DNA of 36,613 nucleotides from Salisapilia sapeloensis CBS 127946. Its lineage: Eukaryota; Protista; Oomycota. Each line of letters begins with the position of its first letter. Position 1 is the first letter of the stretch. The notes under the pieces are model-generated. The model did no database searches. It was given only the letters and a program-made list of their open reading frames with translations, and was not told where the DNA came from. Positions 9,428-22,300 of the stretch are shown here, piece by piece. A program made the translations under genes and the position numbers. The stretch is from contig JAADVB010000195.1 of NCBI GenBank assembly GCA_023334545.1, forward strand, positions 1 through 36,613, written 5' to 3'.

Positions 9428-12400
9428 TCACTCGAAAGTGGACCTGATGATCGCAAACGCATTCTTCTTCGCACGTTTCATCCGCCCATACAACGAGTTC
9501 GTCGACCCGGTCTTTCTCCGCGACCGGTCCACGCCCTCTTCCTCCACCGCTGGAAACGGTAGGTCACTAGTAACTAGGAGAGAGCCTCGGCCGTCCTTGT
9601 TGGCGACCTGCCGGAAATCGTCCTTCACCTCCCGAACACGCATCAAAGACGCTCGAGGCGAGTTGATCGTCTTGCACCACTTGCGCACGATCTGGGCCTT
9701 GATGCAGGCAAACTCCTTGTCGTCAATCTTTCCTCTCGCAAATAGCTCCCCGACGTCGTCCAACTGCTCTTCCATGCTCTCTAGCTCCTGTGCATAACTC
9801 CGACTGGCGTCCATAACGTCGACCTGGTGATAAGATGCCTCCTTCCTACTATCCGTCGGCACGGAACTCGTCGACTTGCTCGCAGCTCGCAGCGGCTTGC
9901 TAATGTAGGATGAAAAGGAGCTCTTCTTCGGCCGCGATGGAAAGAAGGAAGTGTTGGCGCCCCTCGCACTGTGGCTGCCACCCTCAGTCATCATCGGGGA
10001 TGGTGGTGTCGAGTGCGGGTGCTTCCTCTGCTTGGATGCTTCTAGCTGGTGGCGCATCTCGATTTTCTTGGCTTCGAACGCAGCAAACCGCTCCATGACT
10101 TCATCCTTGTGTACTGACCGGAACTCGTCCACCACGTCCGGTTCCAATTGTTCTATAACAGAGTAGCAGAACGCTAGAAAACCGTCCATTTCTTCTCGCG
10201 TCTTGGCCATCTCCCGCGCATAGTACTCGTTCACAGCCATCAGCACTTCTCCAGAATCTTTAGCTTCCAGAAGATGCTCTCGTTGGGCGAAGAAAGAGCA
10301 TATACCGACGCCCAACAGCACTCGCGATGCTCTCTGACCTTCCTCTGTCCTTGCCAGCAGCATGTCGATCACTTGAATGCCACAGTAATGTGGTAGGGAT
10401 GTTAAAAAGCAGGTGACTAGCCACTTGGTGCACAGAATCTCCATGTTGAGTCCCAACTCACTCAAGTGACCATGTAGCTCTGGATCATTCTGCTTCAGCA
10501 ACGTATTTAAAACTGCACAATCCGTATGCAGACCAATCATCGAGTCCACGTGGTAAGCAGGCATGAGTCCTTCGATGAGCAAAATAAGACTTCTCAACGC
10601 TGTCTTGTCGTCCAGGTGTTGGATGAGTACCGACAGAATTTCGTTCATGCCCTGACAGTATCCTACTCTCCGGTTCCGGATCGCAAACGCTCGCAAGACT
10701 CTACGCATGCGTCCAGCCTGGTCCTCCTGTAATTCTTTCGTTCTACTAATATCAATTTCAATCGACTTGACTACTTCTTTATCCAGCAATTCTCCCTGCT
10801 CCCCTTCGTCCTTCATCCCGTCCACCGCCTCCTCTAAGTTAGCCGGACACGGCGTTCGCTGTATCAGAATCGGCCACACCCAATGCCTATGCTCTTCCGG
10901 AACGCCGCGTCTGCTCTGATAAGCCACCTGTGTCGGATCTCTGGATTTTTCCAATCGTATCCACTCCTTCTCCCGACCTTTGCGGTCGCTTCGAACGCCT
11001 GAAGACGACAGCACATCCAGCTTTCCGCTACTTTTGCTCCTCAACGATAAGCTTCGAAGACTGCCAGACCGGGACCGTCTTCTCTTGATCTGATGAAACT
11101 CTTCCTGTACTCGCACTAGAACCTGCTTTTCGCTATTTGCATTGGATGATGGACCCTCACTTGCATCCAACAGCCCTGTCTGGCTTCTCCAGTGAATAAG
11201 TAGCTGCTTTCCCTTCTCTTTGCCCATGTACAAAAGGTCTCGAGCGCTGTTCGACTTTTTCACCTTACTCGTCTGGGATGAGCCGCTCTGTCTGTCTTCG
11301 CTTTCTCTTTTCAGTTGGTCCTCGTACTTTGTTCGCAAATCTGCAATGTCTTCATCCGGCAATCGCTCGTGAAGATATAAGACTAAATCCAGGAACGAGT
11401 TGCCGACGCTGGGATCTTCCAAAGTTGAAAGACCGAACTCTCTCAGCACATCCACTGCCACGCTCGCATCCTCCACTTCTACGAGCGCTGACTTCAAGTA
11501 CATAAACATCGCCAGAGACGATGACAAGAGCACTTTGCCTTTTGGCTGGCGACCTTCCTGCAAACTATCTAGAATAAGCACATCAAACAGCCTCGAGACG
11601 ACATCAAACGGAAGAGATTCTGCCATGAACGAAAAGAACCACTTGGTGCACAGCAACTGGACCGAGACACCGATGTTCACCAGGTGCTCACTCAGTTCTG
11701 GAGAGTAGTGGCGAAGGAGGTCGTGGACGACGAGACAATCGACATGGAACGCAACAACGGATTGATCATGGTACATGGGCAGAAGGCTTTCCAGGACGAG
11801 TCGCAGGGCCCAAAATGCGTCTTCTTCCGCTAAATAAGTAGATATGACGGCACACACTTCGACCATCCCATGTGAGTACTGGAAAGGGTCTTTGGACTTG
11901 GCGTACGCAAGCATGATGCGCTGGATCTTGTCTTCCTCGATTGGACCTAGATGACTAAAGCGTTGCATGGCCAAGTCTTGTGCCTGCTGGATACTCTCTC
12001 GCTGTTCCTCCGTACTTGAATCGACGTCGGTGTCGTCCTTCATAGCGATATCTTGTTCCTGGGCAAGCTCGTGGTAATCCTGGACGCCACTACCGGACCG
12101 TTGCAAGCGCTGCCTCTATAGATAAAAGTCATATTGTGAGTTCTTTGTATCCAGCCTGGATCTGGTATTGCTATGCGCGAATAAAGCAGAGATTTTCGAT
12201 GCACATGGACATCACGATGCAATATTTTTGCTGCCAACTTCAGAGTCAAGCTCCGAGATGTGGCATTATTTCATTGCTATCAATTCACAAACAAGCAATT
12301 ATATGCTTACCCTGGCGTGTAAGAGCGTTGGCCAGGCCCAGTGGCGCTGCTCTGGAGGAATGCCCTGTGTCCGGGCTTTATGCTGGAGCGGCACGTCCTT

Positions 12401-12526
12401 AAGAATAGAGTGGTGCTCTCGCCCAGACGTGCCCACATCGCTCTCGAGAGCAAAGTACTCTCTCTGCAGCTTCTCCCAAAACACCGCAGCCGCGGCAGCG
12501 CTGTCCATGGCCGCCCCGTCCTTCAT
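9428..12526 (-). CDS. Rab-GAP with two tandem TBC domains
   Basis: TBC1: GIPPEQRHWAWPTLL...YSHGM...EEDAFWAL...LLCTKWFFSF...RLFDVLIL. TBC2: GVPEEHRHWVWPILI...IEIDISRT...GYCQGMN...ILCTKWLVTCF. Intron 12116-12310 joins exon 1 (12526-12311) to the 892-aa ORF in frame. Confidence 0.9.
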
Positions 12527-12727
12527 CTATAGGCGCCGCAGTTCACTTGTTGCCACCGTCGACGCTGACTTTTGTCTCGTACAACAAAAGGCTGATGGGA
12601 GGGGTCGTGATTGGTGCAATACACAAATAGAGCCACTGAATTGGATGTAAATACGACTAATACAAAGTCTTAGTCTGAGACGACGCCATCTCGGGTTTGA
12701 ACATCTGCCGCCTTTTTGTCTCGGACG

Positions 12728-14003
12728 ATGGCATCCGCGGCTGGAAGACGCCGCTCGAGTCGATCTGCTAGAAGCTATGGCAAAAATACACGCGAAAGCA
12801 GGCACTCCTCCTTCATGCCACTGCAACCGATCGAAGAGAATATCACAGCGCGCTCTCGAAAGCAGCCCGTCGGCTCGATCTCGCCCACGACCAAGTTTGT
12901 CTTTAGTGACAGTGAAAACGAAGGCGCATCGGAGCTGCCCCATCGGAGAAGATCTGTCCGTAGATCGAGGAGAATAAGCACAAGAAAGCAGAGATCGTCT
13001 ACTGCAAAAGAAAACCGGCTCTCGGTTCCCTACCAGACGACCAAAAGCTATTTAGAATCAGAGCTAGATTCTCTCCGGCGACAAGGTAGCATTCCCTTTA
13101 AATATCGACACGGTGGCTTTAGATACTCAGTAAATGTCGTTTAGTCGAAAGAAAGGCTGAAGAAATTGAGGAGACAGGTAGAAAGCAGGCAGAAGAGCTG
13201 AAGCGGACGATCCAGGTCGAGGTCAAGTACCTCCCTGACTTTATCCTCCGCATGCCAGTCAAGGTTTTCATGGAGCGCTATGGAGGAGATCTTAAAGCTG
13301 CAGTGAATGCTGTTTGCTCTGCAAAGAAAGTAGAGGAGACTCAGAAGAGTTCTGCTATTGATGATCTACCCTATAAGGTACCAACGTCTGGAATATATGT
13401 CTTTAATATGTGCTAACTCTCCTGCTAATTCACTAGGCTGATTCAAAGACTGAGGTTGAAAATATACCACCTCAAGACCAGGTAGTAGCTTCTTTCGTAT
13501 CACCCTCAGCGACAAACAGCTAACTCTATTCTGTAGCAACAAACTCGACGGCGGAGCGCTCGACTATCTGCCAAGATCACCACCCCGTCCTCCCGTTCTC
13601 GCTCATCTTTCCACACTCCGCTCAATGACATCATGCCCACTCCGTCGCAACGAACGGTACCAACCCCTCCAGCCTCGATCTAATCTTGGTCTTGAGAAAC
13701 TTATTATCTGCGAACACATAGACCATGCTTCGAACCGCTAGAAAAGGAGAGACCGTGTACTCTTCCAGAGGCTCTCCTGTACTTCCAGAAGCACCTGCGT
13801 CTAAGAATGCTGCCATAGATCTGCCACAGCCTCACGCTGCTCAGTCGAAAACACTGCAGTGGGATGGAACGAGTGCTCTGGAGCTGGCTGATCTTGACAG
13901 GATGAGCAAAGAAGAAGTTAGCGAGGCACAGAAGCGGCTAGAGTCTTTGCAAAAGCGCATTGAGCGGTACTGGTCCACTTTCTCCGAGACCAGTGGAAAG
14001 TAG
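12728..14003 (+). CDS. Borealin/Nbl1-like chromosomal passenger complex subunit
   Basis: Borealin N-terminal helix pattern LESELDSLRRQVERKAEEIEE...VKYLPDFILRMPVKVFMERYGGD and C-terminal motif RTARKGETVYSSRGSP. Introns at 13086-13144, 13378-13436, 13482-13536 and 13657-13721 are all frame-consistent. Confidence 0.72.
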
Positions 14004-14055
14004 TAACCTTGCTATCATACAATTTTCGATATCGCAAATGAGTTCTCTCTTGCTT

Positions 14056-17000
14056 TTACGTCTTTCTCGTGAGCGAGAGGAAATACACCCATACAACGAG
14101 CATGTCGTTCGGCAACACAGTGACTAGCACGGCCAGCGCGAACTCGATGGCCTTCTCTTTAGAAGAATGCACGCTCTACACCAACGTAGCGATCAGTGCA
14201 AGTCCATATAAAATCACAGACAAGATGCTATACACAGTACCATGCGCCGGACCCGCAGTAGAGCATTATTGACGGTCGTGAATGGGATTTTTACAGCCTC
14301 TCCTCTAGCATAGTATTTCTTCGCAAGCGTTGCCAAGTCATCTCTTGGAATATCCTCATTAGCAGCAGGACGCAACAGATCGTACGCTCGGCTCAGCCAT
14401 TCCAGTCGCCTCTTCAAGTGTACACTATGCTCATACACAAAAGTAGTTGTGGCGTACCCACTCCGCCATCGCCTTACGTGCATCTTGATGCTATCCGACA
14501 ACTCTCGGCTCATGAGATCAAGATCCTCCCTCGAGCAAGGTTTCTTGTAGACTAACTTTTCGTTCTGAAAAGCAACCATTGTCTTCTCAATTTCCGCCAT
14601 CGCTACTGGAGAAGAAGCATTAAAGAAAGGTTTCCAGTGTCCAGAGTTATTAAAGTCCCAAACCATGCTTTGAAAGCCTAGACGACTGTCTTGGAGGTTG
14701 CCATAAATATTTACTTGGGAAATTACGATCGATACATCGTATAAAGGGCACGCCGGGTCGCGGAGACGGTAACAAGTACCGCTACTTGCATCAAAGAGCA
14801 TCGTTGCACGGTCCTTGTTCGCTTTTGAAGCGTCACGCACGAGCAAAACATACATGTCTTCATCTCCGCGCACTCCACGTCCAACGACCGCGTATGTTTC
14901 CACTTTGGCACCTGCAACCAACGAGGTGTATATCCATAGCAAATAGTTGCACAGCAGGATGGCATGCTCTGCATCGTTCGCAATTCCAAGCTCGAGCACT
15001 TGTTGCGATGGTTCCCACGACTCTTTTACAATCGAGGTTTGTCTGTAGTCACTGTAATGTGGCAGTAGGCTGACAAACGCGAGTACGTTCTGAACAACAG
15101 ATTCGTTGTCCGCTGGACTGCCTACTAGCTCCCGAGGTGGTGACTGCGGTCTTATATATTGCGTTACAAGGGCATGTTGGTCGCCCTGATAAGATTGTAG
15201 AACGCAATGCCTCCTTTGCTTGGTAAATGCATTTGCAGACAAAAAGTCTCGACTCCACTGGGCAGCGTACTTATAAAGTTTCTTCTTGTCAGATCGATCT
15301 TCTGCTGAGCCGCTGATCGATGGCATGAGTGGCTGAGCTGGGCGAGTAGGAAGCTGCGGCTCGACTGTCATCCTCAGCTGAAGTACGACTGGCATCAATT
15401 CAGCATCCTTAGCATTCCTCGACTCAGGCAAGTGGTTGCTGCCATCGTCTTCTAGTGTGGAGTCATCAGTTGCCTCTCTTGTACCTGCAAAGCTATCCTT
15501 GTTACCATATCCGATTCTTTCGGCTGGCATGACCAACTGCACTGCCGTTTCCAAGCACCCATAGTGGTGGTAAACTGACGAAAAGGGTATCTTTCCTTCT
15601 CCAATCACTCGGCATTCGTGCTTTACATGATTCACATCCTGCTCTTCACTCTCTTCTCTGCCATTGCGCTCCTTTGCAAGTTTGGCAGTATGATCTAGCA
15701 GCTGAAACTTCAACAGGTCCTTGCACTGCTCTAGTTCATCCACACTCCAAATTTGACGCGGAGGGTAAAATGGAACGACGATTGTTTCGAGCCAGATGCA
15801 GTACCCATCTTCGTCCGTTACGGACGTGAATGAAGTTCGCTTCTTCGTGCCTTGGAAGCTCACTTCAATGAAAAATTCCGCTTTGCTTTCACTGTGCAGC
15901 TTGTTACGCCGTGGCATATTCCATGCCTTTAAAACTTGGATGTAGAGCGAAGCATGGGTTGGACACTCGATAACCTTTGATTGAACCGTAAGCGCTCGCT
16001 GCGGACGAAGTCGCCGTCGTCGCTGGAATAGCTGTAGAAGGAAGTTCCAGTCGAAGAGAGAGGGGATTGATGGTAACTGCAACTCCCGTACTATCTCGCC
16101 TCGTCTATTCTTCTCCGCTTCGCTCGATAACGACCTGGTCGTTGCTCTCTGCTTTCCACCTTGTAGTCTGATCAAAGCGTCTTCCAATACGATCATTTGT
16201 AGCTTCTCTCGTCTCTCCAAAAGAGTCAAATCCTCACGATCCGCTTCTTCATATCGAAGTCTTCGATCGAATGCCCTGACTTCGGGACGAAGGATGGACA
16301 AGTAGCTATCATTCGTGACAAGTTCTCGATCTAGAAGCGGTATTGGTCGGGTAAATACGTCCGCATTTACCATTTGAGTAGCTTTCGCAGCATCTGCATC
16401 CATTGTTTGGTCGTACCTGCCAGTGTGCCGAAGCTTTAATATGTAATTTCGCCGACTAAGCGTTGGCACAGTCGCTCCGATGAGCATAAGATGCTCTTCC
16501 TTATCATCTGCTCGGTACTGTACAAGTGAGCTCATATCCGATTTCCCACTCTCTAGTTCTGTAGATTTAAAGTATCGCCGTACATCCCTACATGAAGGCC
16601 ATATACCGAATGCAATTGGCGGAGGAGAAGGCAAGACGCAATTTCGATGGCTCTCTAGGTCTTGACCCATACCTTGGTGATAGATAGTAGGGTCTACCCA
16701 TCGACTGCATATATGAATGCGTCCTGCTCTATGTCTCGACATCTTTCCTTCTTCATTTCCAGCAAATGATCGATGGTACTTCGTCCTTGGAATAGGACTG
16801 GCATTACTAAATCGATACCAGTCATATACGACTCCAGCATTATAAGGGCTTAAGCAATCACTTAAAGCCGCCTTTCCACCAGGGACAACAACAGGAATCA
16901 GAGTATTTAACTCAAAATCCGACTTATTTCCACTTGAGCCATGCACATCATGAATAAGTAGCTGAACGGTCCTGGGTTGATGAGCCGCCCGCACGCGTAT

Positions 17001-18485
17001 GTGCTCCTCAACGAATGCTGTTCGCGATCGTATTGCAACTGCTTTTGAGCTGCAAGCAAATTGGCCGTCAATGTACAAACTCACTTGAACCTTATCGTTT
17101 CGATATGGCCTCAACTTACGTCCATCTCTCTTCGTAGGAGAGCTATCGGCAAGTATGAAAATCGTTTTGGTAAATCCTGACTTGGATCGGAATGCAGCAA
17201 GTTTCTCCTGTAGATCCAGAAGGAACGAATTGTACTTGTCGATCGTATCCTCTTTCTGAAATGTGCTCATAAGATTCAAGAAAACTTCCAATACGTCAAG
17301 TACGATTGGTGAGGCTACATGATACTCGACCAAGCTTACGCCTTCAGTTTGCTGGTCAGTACAATATTTAATCTCCTGCTCCTTCGTAAGAAGTTGGTAG
17401 TGGAGACTCTGAAGCTTAACCAGTTCATTCACAGCAGCCTCAGCATCTTGCAGCGCTAGCTCTGTATTTAAATCAACGTGTCCATCGCTTTTATACGTGT
17501 CTGAACTTCGTTTTAAGTAAGCTGCCAGGCGATCAAGATGTAGCTTCCATCTTGCTTGCGTATGTGCATCTACGTAAGCTCTATATGTGGCTTCTAATCT
17601 GCCCTGACGTACGTCACTCAATGTGAATGTCTCGTGGTCATCAAATGCTATTTGGCCAATGTACAACTCTAACTCCGCCCGTAGAACAGGTTGCTCCGTA
17701 CCTACGTCGTTGTTGAAGTTATTAATCACTGCTGCGTCTGGTAGTGTATCATTCTTATTTATCTGTCTTGGGAGAGTCGTGTCGGGTTGGTAATGTGTCA
17801 AAAGCTTAAGACTGTGCTCCAAAGTTTTCACCTGCATCTGTCCTTGATCTGAATCGCTCTGGGATCTTTCCAGCCTCCATGATAGCCGCACAAGTGTCGA
17901 CAGCGATGCTCGGTTGATAAATTCCTCGAGCTGCTTGATGTACAAGCCACTCACCTCACTTTTGGTCACTTCTACCCTCATTCTCTTGTGCATCTGCCTG
18001 CTGCGTACAAAGCCAATTACTTCTGGTTCGCAAATTCGACGATAATGTGCTTCATGCTGCTCCGGTCGCTTGACGACTTGGTAAACGTACGAAATCGTCA
18101 AGCCGTGCACAAGTGGTTTGGTAACATCATGGTCATACTCGAGGTCGTCGTCAGCTTCAACTTGCTTCTGTGGCTCAAGCTGTGCAGTTTCTTCCTTCGC
18201 AGTCTCTCCACTTGTGCTCCTTTCCGACTTGGCTAATGTCGTCGGATTCTCTTCATTTTGAACAAGCTGCTGTGGATTTGGAGCTGAAAACCTCTGGGAA
18301 TCTGGAGGAGAGGATTTTGTCTGTTCTAGTTCTTCGTTCTCTTGTTCGGAAGTCTTATGATCCTTATCGTTGCTCTCTTCTTTGACATTTGGTTCACCTT
18401 CGTCAGTGGATGTGCTAGGGCGACTCGAGAAGCTGCTTGAGCTCCCCAATTCATCCTCTGACTCACTCGAACTGTTTTGATTCAT
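14056..18485 (-). CDS. CC2D2A: Coiled-coil and C2 domain protein 2A (MKS6), ciliary transition-zone protein
   Basis: 1423-codon open frame with a C2 domain (LYIQVLKAWNMPRR...FFIEVSFQG...W.ETIVVPF) and a CEP76/CC2D2A transglutaminase-like region (AEHAILLCNYLL, MLFDASSG, NIYGNLQ, WKPFF). Intron 14176-14240 gives the characteristic end IEFALAVLVTVLPNDMLVVWVYFLSL. Stop at 14056-14058. Confidence 0.88.
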
Positions 18486-18504
18486 ACCAGTACCACTACA
18501 AGGT

Positions 18505-18533
18505 GTCTCTTCAAGTGCAAACTCTGAAGAGAC
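18505..18533. promoter_or_regulatory. Inverted repeat inside the 66-bp divergent intergenic gap
   Basis: GTCTCTTCA (18505-18513) and TGAAGAGAC (18525-18533) form perfect 9-bp arms with an 11-nt spacer, between the CC2D2A ATG (18485) and the Prx6-like ATG (18552). Confidence 0.45.
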
Positions 18534-18551
18534 GTTTAAGCAGTCATCACG

Positions 18552-19284
18552 ATGGCTCCAGCAACGCCCAAGCAGCTACAAATCGGTGCTCGGCTTCCTG
18601 ACATTGTGGGCGAAAGCCAAGTGGGCATCATTCGTGCCCACGACTACCTCCAAGGCTCGTGGGCTCTCATCTGCACGTTTCCACGCACAAACCATCCTGT
18701 CTGGATGACAGTAAGACTGCATTGTATTCCCTCTCAATCCACTCTTTCATGCTATCTTTATGTAGGAGCTGGGTATGTTGCAAAAGCTCAAGGACGAGTT
18801 TGAAGCGAGGAGCTGTCGACTTTTAGCTATGCACATCGACTCGGATCGCCAGCAAGCCGACTTCATAAGAGACGTGGAGAGCACACAGGGAGTCAAGCTG
18901 AGCTTCCCAGTCATCTCGGATCGTGACGGTGAAATTGCCCGTAGGCTCGGACTTGTGCCTCCGACCGCCCCCAAACACGCAGCAGACGTCCATCGCCTTC
19001 CGTTCTCATGCACCATTCTGCTGGACTTAGACTTGACCGTGCGGTTCCTATCGTACACTCCTGACATTGTCGGTCGCAACTTGTACGAGTCCATCCGTAT
19101 ACTGGATGCGTTCCAGACGTCCTTGTTTAACCAAGTGGTGACGCCAGCCAACTGGAAGGCGAGTGAAGACGTCTTTATCGAGCCAGACGTGACGAACGAC
19201 GCGGCCAAGGAGCTGTTTCCGCAAGGTTTCTACGAGATCACACCCTACAGTCGCATCACAGCGTCTCCGAGCCAAGACGAGTAA
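18552..19284 (+). CDS. 1-Cys peroxiredoxin (Prx6)-like protein lacking the peroxidatic Cys
   Basis: Exons 18552-18710 and 18766-19284 (intron GTAAGA...TGTAG). Colinear with Prx6: IRAHDYLQGSWAL, PVWMTELG (normally PVCTTELG), FPVISDRDGEIARRLGL, GRNLYESIRILDAFQ and VVTPANWK. Confidence 0.88.
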
Positions 19285-19346
19285 GACTTGAGAGGATATC
19301 AAAGACAAAAAGACACGTATATTGTTAGACGCTGCACAGACTTGTC

Positions 19347-22300
19347 TTACCGATCTGGAGGAGGCGGTGGCGGATAGTGCGGGTGGTTCTGCTGCATCAT
19401 GTGGTAGTGCTGCTGCAGTTGCTGCTGACGCTGGTACTCGTGCCGCTGACGCTCATACTGTTGCTGCAGCTGCTGCTGGTACGCGTGAGGAGACAGTTGC
19501 TGTCCACCATATCTCGGCGCCAGGTCCATGCCATTCCACTGGGCGTGCTGCGCCTCCTGCAGCGCTCGTGTGGCTGCGGCGGCGGCAGCTGCGGCTCTCG
19601 CAGCCTCTTCCTCTGCTCGCTGGGCCAACTGTTTTTTCTCCATAGCCTCCAGTCGGAGCATCTCAGCCTCTTCCATGGACATGGATCTCCCTCCCGGCGT
19701 CTGCGTCTGCTGATAGTTCCAACCAGACATGGCAGCCGAGTAGCTGGGCCTGGTGCTGCTGTCTTCCTCTCGACTCAGCATGCTCCCAAACGTCTGCTCG
19801 TGGGGTGGACTGGGCCTCGCCTGGAGGTAGTTGCGAGGGTTCTGTCGCTCCCCGTCGTTCCCTTCCGGCGTAGAAGCTCTATTCAGCAGACTTTCCATGA
19901 GCGGCATACGAGTCTGGCGTACGACAGGACTAGATCGCATCTCCTGACTGTAGGCTGGTATGTGCGACGGCCGCTGCTGACTGGCCAGAGGAGGAGACGT
20001 TCGTCTCGGAGTGGCGTCTCGAGGACTGTCCGACTGATTCAAGATAGAGCTAAAGGACATGGCGCTCCGGTTCGGCGGTCGCAGAGGCTCCATCGATCGA
20101 TCCACGACGGAACTGACGGGAGTGGATCGGTCAAAGGACTGCATACCAGAGTAACTCGGCATCTCATAGCTGCGTTGAGGTTCATATCTCGGCTGCTGAT
20201 TCGGTGACATCTGGGCTGGAGCATGGACGTTTCCTCGGTAGGGACTGCTGGTCTGCTGCTGTTGCTGGTATCGAGACAGGTGCATTTGATGGGGCAAGTA
20301 CATCTGCCGTAAGTAGTCTTCATCTCGATGGGAAGACTGATGCATCTGTTGCGCCAAGGCGGATGGCGTCAGCTCCACTCGAGGAGCATTCTGTACCAGC
20401 TGCTGCATACGGTCCTGCTCAGCCTTGACGCGTTCATTCGCCATTCCCTGCAAGGGCATCGGCAGCGTGGGTGTCGGCACTCGCGTGTGGGCAACGTCGT
20501 TCGTCTGCACTCCACTTACAGCAACCGACTTCTTAGCGTTGGCTTCATCTGCAGACGATCCAGAGCCGTTGACCTCTGTGCGCTGGTTCAGAATGTCCTG
20601 GAGACCCAGTCGATTCTTGTAGTTCTGGTAGTAGTTCTTGATCTGCGCCGGCGTCTTGCTCGGAATTAGCTTGGTAAGCTTGGCCCAGTCTTTGCCGTGC
20701 ACCACAAAGTGCTGCAAAAACGCCGCCTTCTCCTCGTCCGTCCACTTTTGCACCGGCCGCTTGACGCCAACCTCGTTCTCTCGAGCCTTCTTCCCCGCAG
20801 CGCTGCTCGTACTGCTCGTCCGCTTTCTATCGCCAGGGAGCCCGACTCGAGGCGAGTTCCGCGCACCTCCATTCTTCTTCTTTCCCTTGTCCTCCTTCTT
20901 CGACTTGCGAGAGAGGTTCTTGCTATCCTTCTTGCTGCCTGTCGGAGTGGTCTTGCCGCCTGCGTTCTTACTCTTCTCAGCTGCGTTCTTCGCCTCTTCC
21001 TCTCGCCTCTTCCGGAGCTCCTCCAGCCGCTCTTCGACTGACAAAGTCGCAACATTGTACTCGGTGCTGTGCCTGTTCTCCGGAATGATCTTGGTAAAGT
21101 CCAGCAAGAATGGCTGCTGCGGATCCTCTGCACCCGTCGCATCCTCGAGGAACAGACTCCACTTCTCCTCGTCGTTCGAAGGCAAGAGACCATTCTGCAC
21201 AGCCAACTGCGCAGCAGAGGTCGTTTTCTCCGACTCAGTCGATGTTTCCTTCAACACCGCCTGTGCTCCTGCGGACTGCAGCACATTATCTGCCGCAGAC
21301 TGGTACCTGAATGCAGGCGGGTGGAGCAAAAGCTTAGCCAGACTCGGTGGGAACTGAACCCCGAGACAGATGGCGACACAGGCCGACAGCGTCCAGCAGC
21401 TCCACGTGTTCTTGGCTCCAGCGCCACGACGTCGAAGCTGCTGTTCTCGCAACAAGGCCTTGTAGTCCACCACCTTTTTCGTCCGGTAGTAGTACGCAAT
21501 CACATCTCCTGTCGTCTTATTCCTTAAGCACGACGCAATACGAGGAAAGTTTTTGGGAAACTGTAGAAACTTGTCTGCAAAGATACACTTCTCCAGATCC
21601 GTCCACGGATTCACCTTGAGCTCTTCCTTCTCCCGCGTCCTGTAGTCATCTACCAGTCCGTTGTGCAACGAGCTCTGGCCGAGCGGCAGTCTGATCCACT
21701 TCTTCTCCTCCCGCTCCTCGGCCGTCGTCAGCATGTCCGGAATCACCGTAGCGCAGGCGTTCTTCATGCGCTTCTTCCGCACCTCTTGATCCGCCAACGC
21801 CTGCTGCCTTGCGCGCTCCATCTTTTCCAGGTCCTGTCTCGTCTGCGCCTCCGTCGAGTTGTTCGTCAGTCGAGATGAGCTCCTCTCGAGAGCACTCGGA
21901 TCACTGTTGGCGCTGCTGTACTTGGTCTTGGCGATGCGATGCTTGACCTTGTCCTGTTTCTTCCGCTCCTTCTCCATCTTCTTCACCCGCACGCGCCACA
22001 CTTGTTGCATCTTGACAAAGTCTTTCGCCAGTCGAGTCTTTTCCCGCCACCGACGAACGTTCCGATCACGCACGTGCTGATGGATCGCAGGCAGCAGACG
22101 CTTGGCCTTCGATATGTTCGAACGATAGAAGGGATAGTCCGACAGCTGCCTGTAGACGCGTTGGGACGTTCTAGGAGGCACATCGTCATTCGCACTCTGA
22201 GCCTTCTTCCCGTTCGCATCGTACACGCGTGCTATGATGTTGATGACGTCGAGATCCACGAGTGACTTTTGCCGACTCACTTGCTCCTTCGCTTGGCATG

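Noticed and set aside
14600-15100. Missing catalytic Cys in the CC2D2A transglutaminase-like region as a novel feature
   Set aside because: An inactive transglutaminase-like domain is the known state of the CC2D2A/CEP76 family.
19400-19620. (GCT/TGC)n-like tracts as microsatellites
   Set aside because: They are the coding poly-Gln and poly-Ala runs of the SANT protein C-terminus.
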